Shown: in pieces, positions 10,147 to 18,369 of the stretch | Layout: each line of letters begins with the position of its first letter | How positions within the stretch are numbered: the stretch's first letter is position 1 | Notes under the pieces: generated by a model | The model's input: only the letters and a program-made list of their open reading frames with translations | Told to the model about the DNA's origin: nothing | Database searches by the model: none | Assembly (NCBI GenBank): GCA_937903605.1 | Contig: CALCZC010000007.1 | Span: 37,982 to 101,981, forward strand | Source of the DNA: an uncultured bacterium | Lineage (GTDB): Bacteria; Patescibacteriota; Patescibacteriia; Magasanikbacterales; GWA2-37-8 | Reading direction: 5' to 3' | Length of the DNA: 64,000 nt | Made by a program: the position numbers and the translations under genes

Positions 10147-10527
10147 CTATCTTTTGTTTTTCAAAGTTAAGAGACTTGATCCAAGCATGTTGGCTATTTG
10201 GTTTAGTTCTTCTGTTAATTCTTTGATTTTAGTATTATCCGCTTCTGTGGCGTCTCGTAGTAATCCAAACCAATATTTGCTTTCATTGGCTGATTTCAAA
10301 GCTATTTCATAAAACTTGATAAAGTCTTTTCTTGATGATGAAGATTTGGCTTCTACTATATTAGCTCCGATAGAAGTAGCTGACCGCAGTAGTTGATCAG
10401 CAATTATCCAGTATACTTTCTTTTCAGGTAATGTTTGAAGGAACTTAATAACTTTTATAGAGAAATAATAGCACCTTACTTTAATATCAGTTTTAAGGTT
10501 TTGAGTTGTAGATTTGAGATTTGACAT
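10147..10527 (-). CDS. Four-helix-bundle protein (23S rRNA-IVS protein family, TIGR02436-like)
   Basis: DQLLRSATSIGANIVEA...S.KDF...IALKSANESKYW. Confidence 0.9.
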   Translation of the reverse strand: MSNLKSTTQNLKTDIKVRCYYFSIKVIKFLQTLPEKKVYWIIADQLLRSATSIGANIVEAKSSSSRKDFIKFYEIALKSANESKYWFGLLRDATEADNTKIKELTEELNQIANMLGSSLLTLKNKR

Positions 10528-10591
10528 TTGAGTTTTGAGATAAGAAAGTAGGACTTAGATATTAAGAAAAATTTATATTTTGAGGAATTAT

Positions 10592-11197
10592 TTAAAATCC
10601 CACTAAAAATCTAACCAGGAATTGAATAATAGGGAAAATCAAATTAAAGAGAAAAAATACAAATATTAACAAAATAACAAAACTGTTTTTTTCCAAAAAA
10701 TAAATTATTTTTTCACTTCCTGTCGGTAGCAGAGCGTATAATATTTTAGAACCATCAAGTGGTGGAATCGGTACCAGATTAAAAACCAATAAAAGAATAT
10801 TGGCGTAAACTATGACATATAAAAATTGTGTCAAATTGCTAAAAGGTGTAAATCTGATAAACATAGCAAAAGAAAAAGCTAATAAAAAATTAGCCATCGG
10901 TCCGGCTATCGCCACTAAAGCCGGTCCCCATTTTTGATTTTTCAAATTATAAGGATTGTATGGTACTGGTTTGGCATAAGCAAACAAAAAATTACCCGCG
11001 CTCAAAACAGATAAGATGATTGGCATAAAAATAGTACCCCAAATATCTATGTGGGCTTTAGGGTTAAGTGTCAAACGCCCGGCATAACGAGCTGTCGGGT
11101 CACCCAATTTATCCGCCATAAAACCATGGGCATATTCATGGATAATAGCCGAAGGAACTATAATCAAAAAATAGAATAGAATTGATGTCCACGGCAT
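10592..11197 (-). CDS. Site-2 protease (peptidase M50)
   Basis: HEYAH, GDPTA..GRLTLNP, AGP, FNLVPIPPLDG. Confidence 0.93.
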   Translation of the reverse strand: MPWTSILFYFLIIVPSAIIHEYAHGFMADKLGDPTARYAGRLTLNPKAHIDIWGTIFMPIILSVLSAGNFLFAYAKPVPYNPYNLKNQKWGPALVAIAGPMANFLLAFSFAMFIRFTPFSNLTQFLYVIVYANILLLVFNLVPIPPLDGSKILYALLPTGSEKIIYFLEKNSFVILLIFVFFLFNLIFPIIQFLVRFLVGF

Positions 11198-11278
11198 AAA
11201 TATTGACAAAGTTTAATAATTTAGTTATAATATTTTTACTTAATTATAAAGCATTTAACTTATTTTAGCAACAAAAAT

Positions 11279-11446
11279 ATGAGTAGAACTTGCGCTTTGT
11301 GTGGAAAAATAGCTACGCGCGCCAACCATGTTTCTCATGCCAAAAACAAAGTTCCCCGTAAACAGAAACCTAATTTGCAAAATATCAAACTATCTGGGAA
11401 TACTGTCAAAGCTTGCACTACATGTCGCCGTACTATCAAAAAATGA
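11279..11446 (+). CDS. rpmB: 50S ribosomal protein L28 (missed by the ORF track)
   Basis: Manual translation MSRTCALCGKIATRANHVSHAKNKVPRKQKPNLQ...KACTTCRRTIKK*, zinc-ribbon L28. Confidence 0.92.
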   Translation: MSRTCALCGKIATRANHVSHAKNKVPRKQKPNLQNIKLSGNTVKACTTCRRTIKK

Positions 11447-11454
11447 ACAAAATA

Positions 11455-11489
11455 AAAAAAATTCTTCGCCAAAAGCGAAGAATTTTTTT
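11455..11489. terminator. Bidirectional terminator between rpmB and the 6S-like RNA
   Basis: AAAAAAATTCTTCGC-CAAAA-GCGAAGAATTTTTTT. Confidence 0.8.
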
Positions 11490-11490
11490 A

Positions 11491-11622
11491 GTTCAACCAA
11501 GGGGTTAAAACATGTCCCTATATGTATAGGTGGTAAGTCACATGTTTAACCCACGGGTCAAACAGATATTGACGAACCTTCACATGTTTTTTGTAGAACA
11601 GTTTCACCCCGTTGGTGGAACG
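11491..11622 (-). ncRNA. 6S RNA-like structured RNA
   Basis: 5' GTTCCACCAACGGGGTGAAAC pairs with 3' GTTTTAACCCCTTGGTTGAAC; A-rich central bubble; apical ACATGT/GTCAA...TTGAC/ACATGT stem; own TG-TATAAT promoter (11628-11636) and terminator. Confidence 0.55.
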
Positions 11623-11711
11623 TAGGTATTATACCATAAAACTACCGAAGTCAAAAGTCAAAACTTTTGAGTTTTGGGTTTTTAAAAAGCACTCCCGAAG
11701 GAGTGCTTTTT

Positions 11712-12305
11712 TTATTCCAATATTCCGTCCAAGTTCACATCATAAAGAATCTCTTCCGCCAATAATCTATAATTGATAATTTCTTCTTTTTTAAACCAAA
11801 TATCTATCTCTCTTTGGGATTCCGCCGGATTATCGGTACAGTGCACCAAATTGCGCACAGCTCTATCATCTGTCCCGGCTAAATTATAGGAATCAAGTGT
11901 TAAATCTCCGCGAATAGTACCTACATCGGAAGTTGCAGGTTCGGTAGAGCCAACCAGTTTTTTTACCACCCCAACAGCTTCATTACCTTCCCATATCATC
12001 ATCACCACCGGACCACAGGTCATAAACTTTACCAAGGCTTTGATGATATCTTTTCCATATTCAATAGCTAATTTTTCCACCGGCAAACCGGCCTTTTGGC
12101 GATTTTCCAAAATTTTGGCACCTTTACTTTCAAACCAAACATCATCTTTATTATAATGAACCCAACATTGATCCTCTGTTGGCACGGCCATTTTTAAAGC
12201 TACCAGTTTTAAACCGGTTCGCTCGATCCTCTTGATAATTTCTCCTATAAGAGATCTCTGAACTCCGTCTGGTTTAACGATGACGAATGTGCGTTCTTTT
12301 TTCAT
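11712..12305 (-). CDS. ndk: Nucleoside diphosphate kinase
   Basis: ERTFVIVKPDGVQRSLIGEII, GTIRGD, RNLVHCTD. Confidence 0.96.
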   Translation of the reverse strand: MKKERTFVIVKPDGVQRSLIGEIIKRIERTGLKLVALKMAVPTEDQCWVHYNKDDVWFESKGAKILENRQKAGLPVEKLAIEYGKDIIKALVKFMTCGPVVMMIWEGNEAVGVVKKLVGSTEPATSDVGTIRGDLTLDSYNLAGTDDRAVRNLVHCTDNPAESQREIDIWFKKEEIINYRLLAEEILYDVNLDGILE

Positions 12306-12449
12306 AGAATAAAAATTTATTAATTATTATTTATTGTTTATTATTTATATTTTACAAATTTATTTAATTTTAATAAACAATAATCAATAAACAATAATTG
12401 TCTTTTGTTAAAAACTTAGCGCTATTTTATAACAAAAACATGCTTTTTG

Positions 12450-12809
12450 TCAATAAATAACATTAAACATAAACTTCGCCGTTTTTTTTAACTTATTCAC
12501 GTAAACAACCAGGGCCGCAGGTATAAGTGCCACGTCTTCCAACTTATTTTTATAAGCATAAACCCTGATACTTTTCAAAAGTTTTTGAGTTTTTTGATAA
12601 GTGATAGCCGCATTATTGGCCAAATCTATATCAACACGAGTTTTTACTTCTACAAAATAATAATCGCCGCTTTTTTTAGCGACGATATCTATTTCACCCC
12701 AAACAGTGTGGAATTGTCTATCAACAACTTCAAAACCGTGCCTACGTAAAAATTCTACCGCTCTTTCTTCTCCCCAATCTCCCAAGTCTTTATTGTGCCT
12801 ACCCTCCAT
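12450..12809 (-). CDS. YraN family (UPF0102) protein
   Basis: G.WGEERA..FL...G, GEIDIVA, FVEVKTR. Confidence 0.9.
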   Translation of the reverse strand: MEGRHNKDLGDWGEERAVEFLRRHGFEVVDRQFHTVWGEIDIVAKKSGDYYFVEVKTRVDIDLANNAAITYQKTQKLLKSIRVYAYKNKLEDVALIPAALVVYVNKLKKTAKFMFNVIY

Positions 12810-12815
12810 AAAAAT

Positions 12816-13217
12816 TTAACGCTTAGGCAAGTATTTTTCTCTCATTTGTTTTTCTTCTTCAAATTTACGAATTTCCGGAATTCTTTTGAGCACATAACGC
12901 ATGGTTTTCAAAGCCGAAGAAACGGCAAAAAACAAAGCCAGTAACCACCAGAATCTCCAAGCCAAAAAAGGGATGTGTTGTTGACGAAGAAAAAACCAAA
13001 AAACCAAAAAAATAGACATTCCCGTCAAAACATTTCCGAAACGACGATATATTTCCGATTTTATTTTATCCATGGTTTTATTTTCCAAAAATTTAAAAAC
13101 CGCCGCCACCACGATCAAAACTAAAATAAAACCCCACCAAAACCATTTGTCACCATCATACAAAATATAGGGCTGAGAAAACCAATACTCTATTTTCAAT
13201 AAATTTAATAAGCTCAT
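12816..13217 (-). CDS. Hypothetical membrane protein
   Basis: Three TM segments, C-terminal EKYLPKR, in operon context. Confidence 0.7.
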   Translation of the reverse strand: MSLLNLLKIEYWFSQPYILYDGDKWFWWGFILVLIVVAAVFKFLENKTMDKIKSEIYRRFGNVLTGMSIFLVFWFFLRQQHIPFLAWRFWWLLALFFAVSSALKTMRYVLKRIPEIRKFEEEKQMREKYLPKR

Positions 13218-13226
13218 AAAAATTAA

Positions 13227-13787
13227 TTATTCCTCCGATTCTTTTTTAAAAATTAAACAGAAATGATATTCGCCGGCTGGAAAATTTTCTTGCAAAACAA
13301 ATCCGTATTTTTTCCCTATCGCAGCCGTTTCTTCGGGTTTAACCATTAATTTTTCTTCCGGACCAAGTTTATTTTCAATTTTTTTTGTCCAATCCACTAT
13401 AACCAAAGTGCCACCATCCTTGAGTAAACGTGCAGCTTCAATAAAAGCATTGTCTTTATTTTTTAATTGAAAAAATACATTTACAAAAAAACCAACATCA
13501 ATACTTCCTTCCGGTACTCCGGCCGCACCGACTTTTTCCAAATCAGTCCAAACAGTTAAAATATTATGATATCCTTCGAATTGACTACGGCTCTTGATAT
13601 TTTCTAGAACGTCTTTCAAAATATCCATGGCATAAACAGCGCCTTTATCTCCTACTATTTTTGAAGCGGAAAAAGTAAAAATACCGGTACGACCACAACC
13701 AAACTCAGCAACTTTCATCCCTTCATTCAAGCCTACTTTTTTATAGATTATTTCCGGATTCAAAAGAGCTGTTCCTTCGTAAGACAT
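13227..13787 (-). CDS. Class I SAM-dependent methyltransferase
   Basis: VAEFGCGRTG, VYAMD, RLLKDGGTLVIVDW. Confidence 0.9.
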   Translation of the reverse strand: MSYEGTALLNPEIIYKKVGLNEGMKVAEFGCGRTGIFTFSASKIVGDKGAVYAMDILKDVLENIKSRSQFEGYHNILTVWTDLEKVGAAGVPEGSIDVGFFVNVFFQLKNKDNAFIEAARLLKDGGTLVIVDWTKKIENKLGPEEKLMVKPEETAAIGKKYGFVLQENFPAGEYHFCLIFKKESEE

Positions 13788-13798
13788 ATATTTAAAAT

Positions 13799-14041
13799 TT
13801 AACGAATAAATATTTTACCCAAGGTGGCCATGAGAAATCCTTCCCACATGCCGGTAATCAAAAGAAAACCGATAAAAATCAAAGCTATCCCGATAAGTTT
13901 ATAGGCCATTCGACTACCACCTTCTACATCTAATTTTTCTTCCGCCCAAGCGATACGTCCAAAATTTTCCATAAACCACTCTGTTTTCCAAATAAAAAAG
14001 AAACCAGCGGTTACAAATAAAATTCCAATAAAATATTTCAT
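13799..14041 (-). CDS. Small membrane protein
   Basis: MKYFIGIL...FGRIAWAEEKL..GGSRMAYKLIG; the 5' extension in the ORF track runs through repeat DNA, so the ATG at 14041 is preferred. Confidence 0.7.
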   Translation of the reverse strand: MKYFIGILFVTAGFFFIWKTEWFMENFGRIAWAEEKLDVEGGSRMAYKLIGIALIFIGFLLITGMWEGFLMATLGKIFIR

Positions 14042-14077
14042 AAAAATTATTTTTGTACTCAGAAGGAGTAGTGCGCC

Positions 14078-14314
14078 CTGTACAAATGGTGGGCGGAAAG
14101 AGACTCGGCTTCGCCTCTCATCGCCTTCCGGCTTACTCGGGCTAGCCACCGCCTCGTGATTTTGCTCGTCATAAAACTCGCAAAATATCACTCCGGCGTT
14201 CTCGTCTCCACGAAATGCACATTAGTGCATTTCTATTGCAAACAAAGAATGATTTAAAATTTTAACATCTTGCAACCTAATACTCTGTACAAATGGTGGG
14301 CGGAAAGAGACTCG
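14078..14314. repeat. 30-bp direct repeat of a tRNA 3' end (14078-14107 and 14285-14314)
   Basis: CTGTACAAATGGTGGGCGGAAAGAGACTCG occurs twice, identically. Confidence 0.9.
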
Positions 14315-14400
14315 AACTCTTAAGGCCTTGCGACCGCTACCACCTCAAGGTAGTGCGTCTACCAACCTGCCTGCCGGCAGGCAGGTTTCGCCACCTCTTT
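14294..14400 (-). pseudogene. Degenerate/chimeric tRNA-Leu(GAG) copy
   Basis: D and anticodon arms match the neighbouring tRNA-Leu; a 20-bp palindrome is inserted in the D-loop; 5' AAAGAGG cannot pair with 3' TCCGCCC-A-CCA. Confidence 0.75.
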
Positions 14401-14424
14401 CTTTATTCAATGATTATAACTAGG

Positions 14425-14508
14425 TGTCCAGAAGAGGACTCGAACCTCCATGGCCTTGCGGCCGCTACCACCTCAAGGTAGTGCGTCTACCAATTTCGCC
14501 ATCTGGAC
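14425..14508 (-). tRNA. tRNA-Leu(GAG)
   Basis: Acceptor GTCCAGA/TCTGGAC, anticodon arm CTACC-TTGAGGT-GGTAG, long variable arm GGCC-GCAA-GGCC, T arm GGAGG-TTCGAGT-CCTCT. Confidence 0.93.
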
Positions 14509-14733
14509 TTTTATGTATTCTTTTCCACAACCAGATTTAAGATATTTTTCTCTTTTTCTTGCTTTAATTCTTGATTCGAATTCTTCTGTAAAAATTATTT
14601 TAAATGGTCTATATGGTTTTGTGGTTTTATTTTTTCCCAAATTATGCTGCGTAAATCTTTTTTCTATACAACTTGTAATACCGACATACACATAATTTCT
14701 ACTTAAGCTTTTAAGAACATAAATGTAATACAT
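14473..14733 (-). CDS. GIY-YIG nuclease family protein
   Basis: YYIYVL...YVGIT...KRFTQHN...E..AR.REKYLKSG; the last codons overlap the tRNA-Leu 5' half. Confidence 0.88.
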   Translation of the reverse strand: MYYIYVLKSLSRNYVYVGITSCIEKRFTQHNLGKNKTTKPYRPFKIIFTEEFESRIKARKREKYLKSGCGKEYIKVQMAKLVDALP

Positions 14734-14741
14734 ACTATACA

Positions 14742-15509
14742 TCAAAACATGCGATTTTTCCCAACTATCATTTCTATTTTGCTTTTTGCCAATTTGAGCT
14801 TTAAGTTTATTTCTTTTGTTTGACGTCCATCTGTTTCCACCAAAAAAGCTGTCTCCCCTATTATTTCCATTTCTTCAAACGGGAAAATACTCGGCTCTTC
14901 ATATTTATACCCAAACCAACCGTTTTTTGTCAATGGTCGAAGGAATGCTTCCAACTTACCGTCTTGAGGATGAACAACTCTGATTTCTTTGTCTTTTTTG
15001 TCCTTTTTCCAATAAAAAGGCTGGAAATTACAAACAACCACTTCCATTTTATCACTAGCTGTAACTTTAAATTTACGGTCATAAACAACTTGAACCTTGG
15101 AAGGCATGACATGTAGTTGAGAAACAAAAAAACGATTATTAACCAAGCCGATATCCAGTTTTTCTTTTCTTCTTTTGGCCAAAACTTCCACACTTTCTTC
15201 ATTAACCGGAATACCCAAAACAGACGCTACTGTATTATTTTCCGCTCCTATCGGTAAAAAACCAAAAACACAATCGCTACCCGCTCCACGAGACAACACC
15301 AAGCCAAAAGTTTTATCATTTCCAACAATCACAATATTTTTGGCTCCACGTTTTATTTCATCTTCAATGATCGGTTTAGCGTCAATAAAATTGTTTAAAC
15401 GCAAAATCTTGCCGGAAATACCATAATCCGTCAATCTATTTTCTATCTCTTTTATGATGCTTTTATATTTTTTTTGCTCCAAAAAACTATCGTAAAGATA
15501 AACGTACAT
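14742..15509 (-). CDS. Diacylglycerol-kinase-catalytic-domain-like protein
   Basis: IVIVGNDKTF, GFLPIG..N.VASVLGI, LDIGLVNNRFF, DGKLE, TDG. Confidence 0.8.
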   Translation of the reverse strand: MYVYLYDSFLEQKKYKSIIKEIENRLTDYGISGKILRLNNFIDAKPIIEDEIKRGAKNIVIVGNDKTFGLVLSRGAGSDCVFGFLPIGAENNTVASVLGIPVNEESVEVLAKRRKEKLDIGLVNNRFFVSQLHVMPSKVQVVYDRKFKVTASDKMEVVVCNFQPFYWKKDKKDKEIRVVHPQDGKLEAFLRPLTKNGWFGYKYEEPSIFPFEEMEIIGETAFLVETDGRQTKEINLKLKLAKSKIEMIVGKNRMF

Positions 15510-15519
15510 AGCCTTTTTA

Positions 15520-15999
15520 TTAACCCAAATATTCCTCCTCTGTTACTTCGCTAACTTCTTCTGTTTTACGACTTCGGCGACCGGATTTTATCTCTACTCC
15601 TTCTATACCCGGCATCACGATTTTGCCAAAAATAACAGCTCCCGGTTCTACGGATAAAACTTTAACTTCAATATCTCCGAGAATTCTGGCGGTTGAAGCC
15701 AATTCCAAAGAATCTTTGATCTTCATATTACCACGAACCTCACCGGCAATAATAGCGCTCCCCGCACGCACATTGGCAATAATCTTGGCCCCGGCTTCCA
15801 CACTCAAAATTTTACTGGTATGGACACTACCATTAACCGTACCCTTAACAATGATATTGCCTTCGGAGCTAAAATCTCCCTCCACATTAACCGACGGACC
15901 GACTACGGTATCAATATTGTCTTGGGTTTCTTGTTCGGTTTCTTCGACATAATTGTCATCCATAGCCACGTCTTGTTTTTTAGATTTTTGAAAAATCAT
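15520..15999 (-). CDS. Bactofilin (polymer-forming cytoskeletal protein)
   Basis: TVVGPSVNVEGDF...IIVKGTVNGSV...ARILGDI...LSVEPGAVIFG. Confidence 0.92.
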   Translation of the reverse strand: MIFQKSKKQDVAMDDNYVEETEQETQDNIDTVVGPSVNVEGDFSSEGNIIVKGTVNGSVHTSKILSVEAGAKIIANVRAGSAIIAGEVRGNMKIKDSLELASTARILGDIEVKVLSVEPGAVIFGKIVMPGIEGVEIKSGRRSRKTEEVSEVTEEEYLG

Positions 16000-16006
16000 A
16001 TATTTT

Positions 16007-16129
16007 AAAAGTCAAAATTCAAAAGTCAAAAGTCAAAACTTTGGTGTCCCGATAAATCGGGACAATTTTTATTATAAATATCGCGAAGCGATACAATAGT
16101 TTTGAAATTTGCGTTTTGAGATTTGAAAT
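16007..16129. repeat. Heptamer-periodic hairpin element (TCAAAAG/TTTTGA type)
   Basis: AAAAGTC/AAAATTC repeats on the left, TTTTGAA/TTTTGAG repeats on the right, enclosing TGTCCCGAT-aa-ATCGGGACA and ATCGC-gaa-GCGAT hairpins. Confidence 0.75.
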
Positions 16130-16206
16130 AAATTATTATTTATATATTTTACTCTATTTTAGGAAATAACTCAAACTATAAATTTTCTCTTTATTTTCAA
16201 TCAAAC

Positions 16207-17910
16207 TTACATCTCTTCCACAGTATCTATAGATAATATGTTTAAGGCATTTTGTAAAACTATCTTAGTAGCTAAACACAGAGACAAGCGCGCGCAACGT
16301 ATTTTTTCATCATCGGTTTTCAAGATGCTTATTTTGGTATAAAAATCATTAAAAACTTTGGCTGTATCAAAACAATATTTGGTAATCACAGAAGGATTGT
16401 AATTTTCAAAAGATTTTTTTACTTCCGAACCAAAAAACGAAAGGGCCTGAATAAGTTTCTTTTCTTCGAAATTTTTCAGAAACGCATAGTCGGCTTTTTG
16501 CGCCGGGCATTTTTTTCCTTTATTCAACAAACTGTTAATTCTTGCCACCGTATAAAGAACGTAGGGTCCGGTAAAACCATCAAAAGAAATAGCATTGTTT
16601 GGATCCAAGATTATGTTTTTTTGAGCTTCGTGTTTCAATAAATCAAACTTAACAGCCCCCAAAGTTATCTTTTTGGTTGTTTCTTCCAGTTTTTTCTTAG
16701 ACCAATCAGCGTGTCTTTTGATAGTTTCTTGATAAACTTTATTAAAAACTTCGTTATAAATATCTTCATACAAAATAACATTTCCTTCGCGAGAAGACAT
16801 TCGGCCTGTCGGCAAAGAAACTAAACCGTATCCGATATGTGTCATCTTGTATTTATAACCGGCCAACTCCAAAATTTTAAACAATTGTTTAAAATAAAGA
16901 TTTTGTTCTATACCGGTAAGATGTATGCTTTCGTTTACTTTATATTTTTTATTTTTAGCAACCGCCAAACCTAAATCCGAAGTTAAGTACAAACCAGCTC
17001 CGTTGCTTTTTCGCAAAAGCGCGACATCCAAACCATATTTATTCAAATCCACTATTATCGCTCCGCCTTCTCCGACTTGTGCAATACCTTTTTGCAATAA
17101 TTTATCTACCATTTTTTGACCGACAAATTTGGTTTCTTTTTCATAAAAAGTATCTTTATGTTTTACTCCCAAATCTTTAAAAAATTTTTCAAAACCTTCT
17201 ATACTCCATTGCTTGGTTTGTAAATACAAAGACCAAATACTTTTATCTTTAGCTTCCATTTTTTGTTGCATTTGAACAACTTCTTCTTGAGCTTCGGGGT
17301 GCTCTTTCAAATATCGACTGGCCTGCGTATAAATTTCTCCCAACCATTTCTGACGATTGCGAGGAGGTTTTTCTTTATCATGAAATTTTTTCAAACCCCA
17401 AAGACATTTGGCTACATGAGCTCCAAAATCATTGAGATAATTCACTCTGGTAACTTTGAAACCATTATTTTCAAAAAGATTGGCCAAAGAATTTCCTAAA
17501 CAGATATTACGTAAATGACCGACATGAAGCTCTTTGTGTGTATTATTGCTCGGATACTCTATCAAAACTTTTTTATTTTTACCGTCCGTATTTATCCCAA
17601 ATTTTTTATTTTTTTTCAAAATTTCATCCAAAACTATTTTGGCATAAATACCTACTTCAAAATAAAAATTCACATACGGTCCGAAAGCCGCAACTTTTTC
17701 CACCGCTTTGACTGAACCAAGTTTGGTTGCCAATTTTTCCGCCAATTCTTTGGCGACTTCTGCCGGATTTTTATTTTCTTTTTTTGCCAATTCAAAACAG
17801 GCAAAAGCCAAATCCCCCATCTCCGGTTTGGGCGGAACGGAGAAGTTTGTAGTTCCTTTTATTCCCAGCTTCTTAAGCAGATTCATTAATTGTTGTTCGA
17901 CTGTTACCAT
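16207..17910 (-). CDS. argS: Arginine--tRNA ligase
   Basis: MGDLA, GPYVNF, EYPSNNTHKELHVGHLRN (HIGH-like), MSSREGN, GPYVLYTVARINS. Confidence 0.97.
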   Translation of the reverse strand: MVTVEQQLMNLLKKLGIKGTTNFSVPPKPEMGDLAFACFELAKKENKNPAEVAKELAEKLATKLGSVKAVEKVAAFGPYVNFYFEVGIYAKIVLDEILKKNKKFGINTDGKNKKVLIEYPSNNTHKELHVGHLRNICLGNSLANLFENNGFKVTRVNYLNDFGAHVAKCLWGLKKFHDKEKPPRNRQKWLGEIYTQASRYLKEHPEAQEEVVQMQQKMEAKDKSIWSLYLQTKQWSIEGFEKFFKDLGVKHKDTFYEKETKFVGQKMVDKLLQKGIAQVGEGGAIIVDLNKYGLDVALLRKSNGAGLYLTSDLGLAVAKNKKYKVNESIHLTGIEQNLYFKQLFKILELAGYKYKMTHIGYGLVSLPTGRMSSREGNVILYEDIYNEVFNKVYQETIKRHADWSKKKLEETTKKITLGAVKFDLLKHEAQKNIILDPNNAISFDGFTGPYVLYTVARINSLLNKGKKCPAQKADYAFLKNFEEKKLIQALSFFGSEVKKSFENYNPSVITKYCFDTAKVFNDFYTKISILKTDDEKIRCARLSLCLATKIVLQNALNILSIDTVEEM

Positions 17911-17956
17911 AAACGTGTATTATGTATTATGTAGAATGTAGTAAGTATTTTACGAA

Positions 17957-18331
17957 TTAATTATTTTTATAATTATATTTTTTCAAACCATTTATCAATT
18001 TACTCACAACTACTGTTTGATTGGCAAATAAACTAAATTTTTCCTGATTAATATATCCAATATCTTTAACTATTAATAATTGATTCTGCAATTCAGTTAA
18101 AGATCCTAAGGCCATGCTAAAAAAATTATTTTTATCCTTAGAGGTTGACCGACTGAAACCTTCAGCTATATTAGATGTAACAGAAACAACACAACGTCTC
18201 ATTTGACTTACTAAACCAAAGATTTCCTTATCCGGAAAATTTCCAGTTTCTTTATAAATTAATAATACTAATTTATGACCTTCTTTCCAAGCATTCAAAC
18301 CTGTAAACGATTTTATTTTCTTCCCCTCCAT
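17957..18331 (-). CDS. Four-helix-bundle protein (23S rRNA-IVS protein family)
   Basis: F..L.AWKEGH...FPDKEIFGLVSQMRRCVVSVTSNIAEGF. Confidence 0.92.
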   Translation of the reverse strand: MEGKKIKSFTGLNAWKEGHKLVLLIYKETGNFPDKEIFGLVSQMRRCVVSVTSNIAEGFSRSTSKDKNNFFSMALGSLTELQNQLLIVKDIGYINQEKFSLFANQTVVVSKLINGLKKYNYKNN

Positions 18332-18369
18332 ATTTAATACATAATACTTAATACATTATACATGCTACA

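Noticed and set aside
11328-11549. 73-aa ORF from the track
   Set aside because: Out-of-frame overlap with rpmB and runs through a terminator into the ncRNA
14293-14695. Plus-strand ORFs of 62 and 81 aa
   Set aside because: Antisense shadows of the tRNA copies and the GIY-YIG gene
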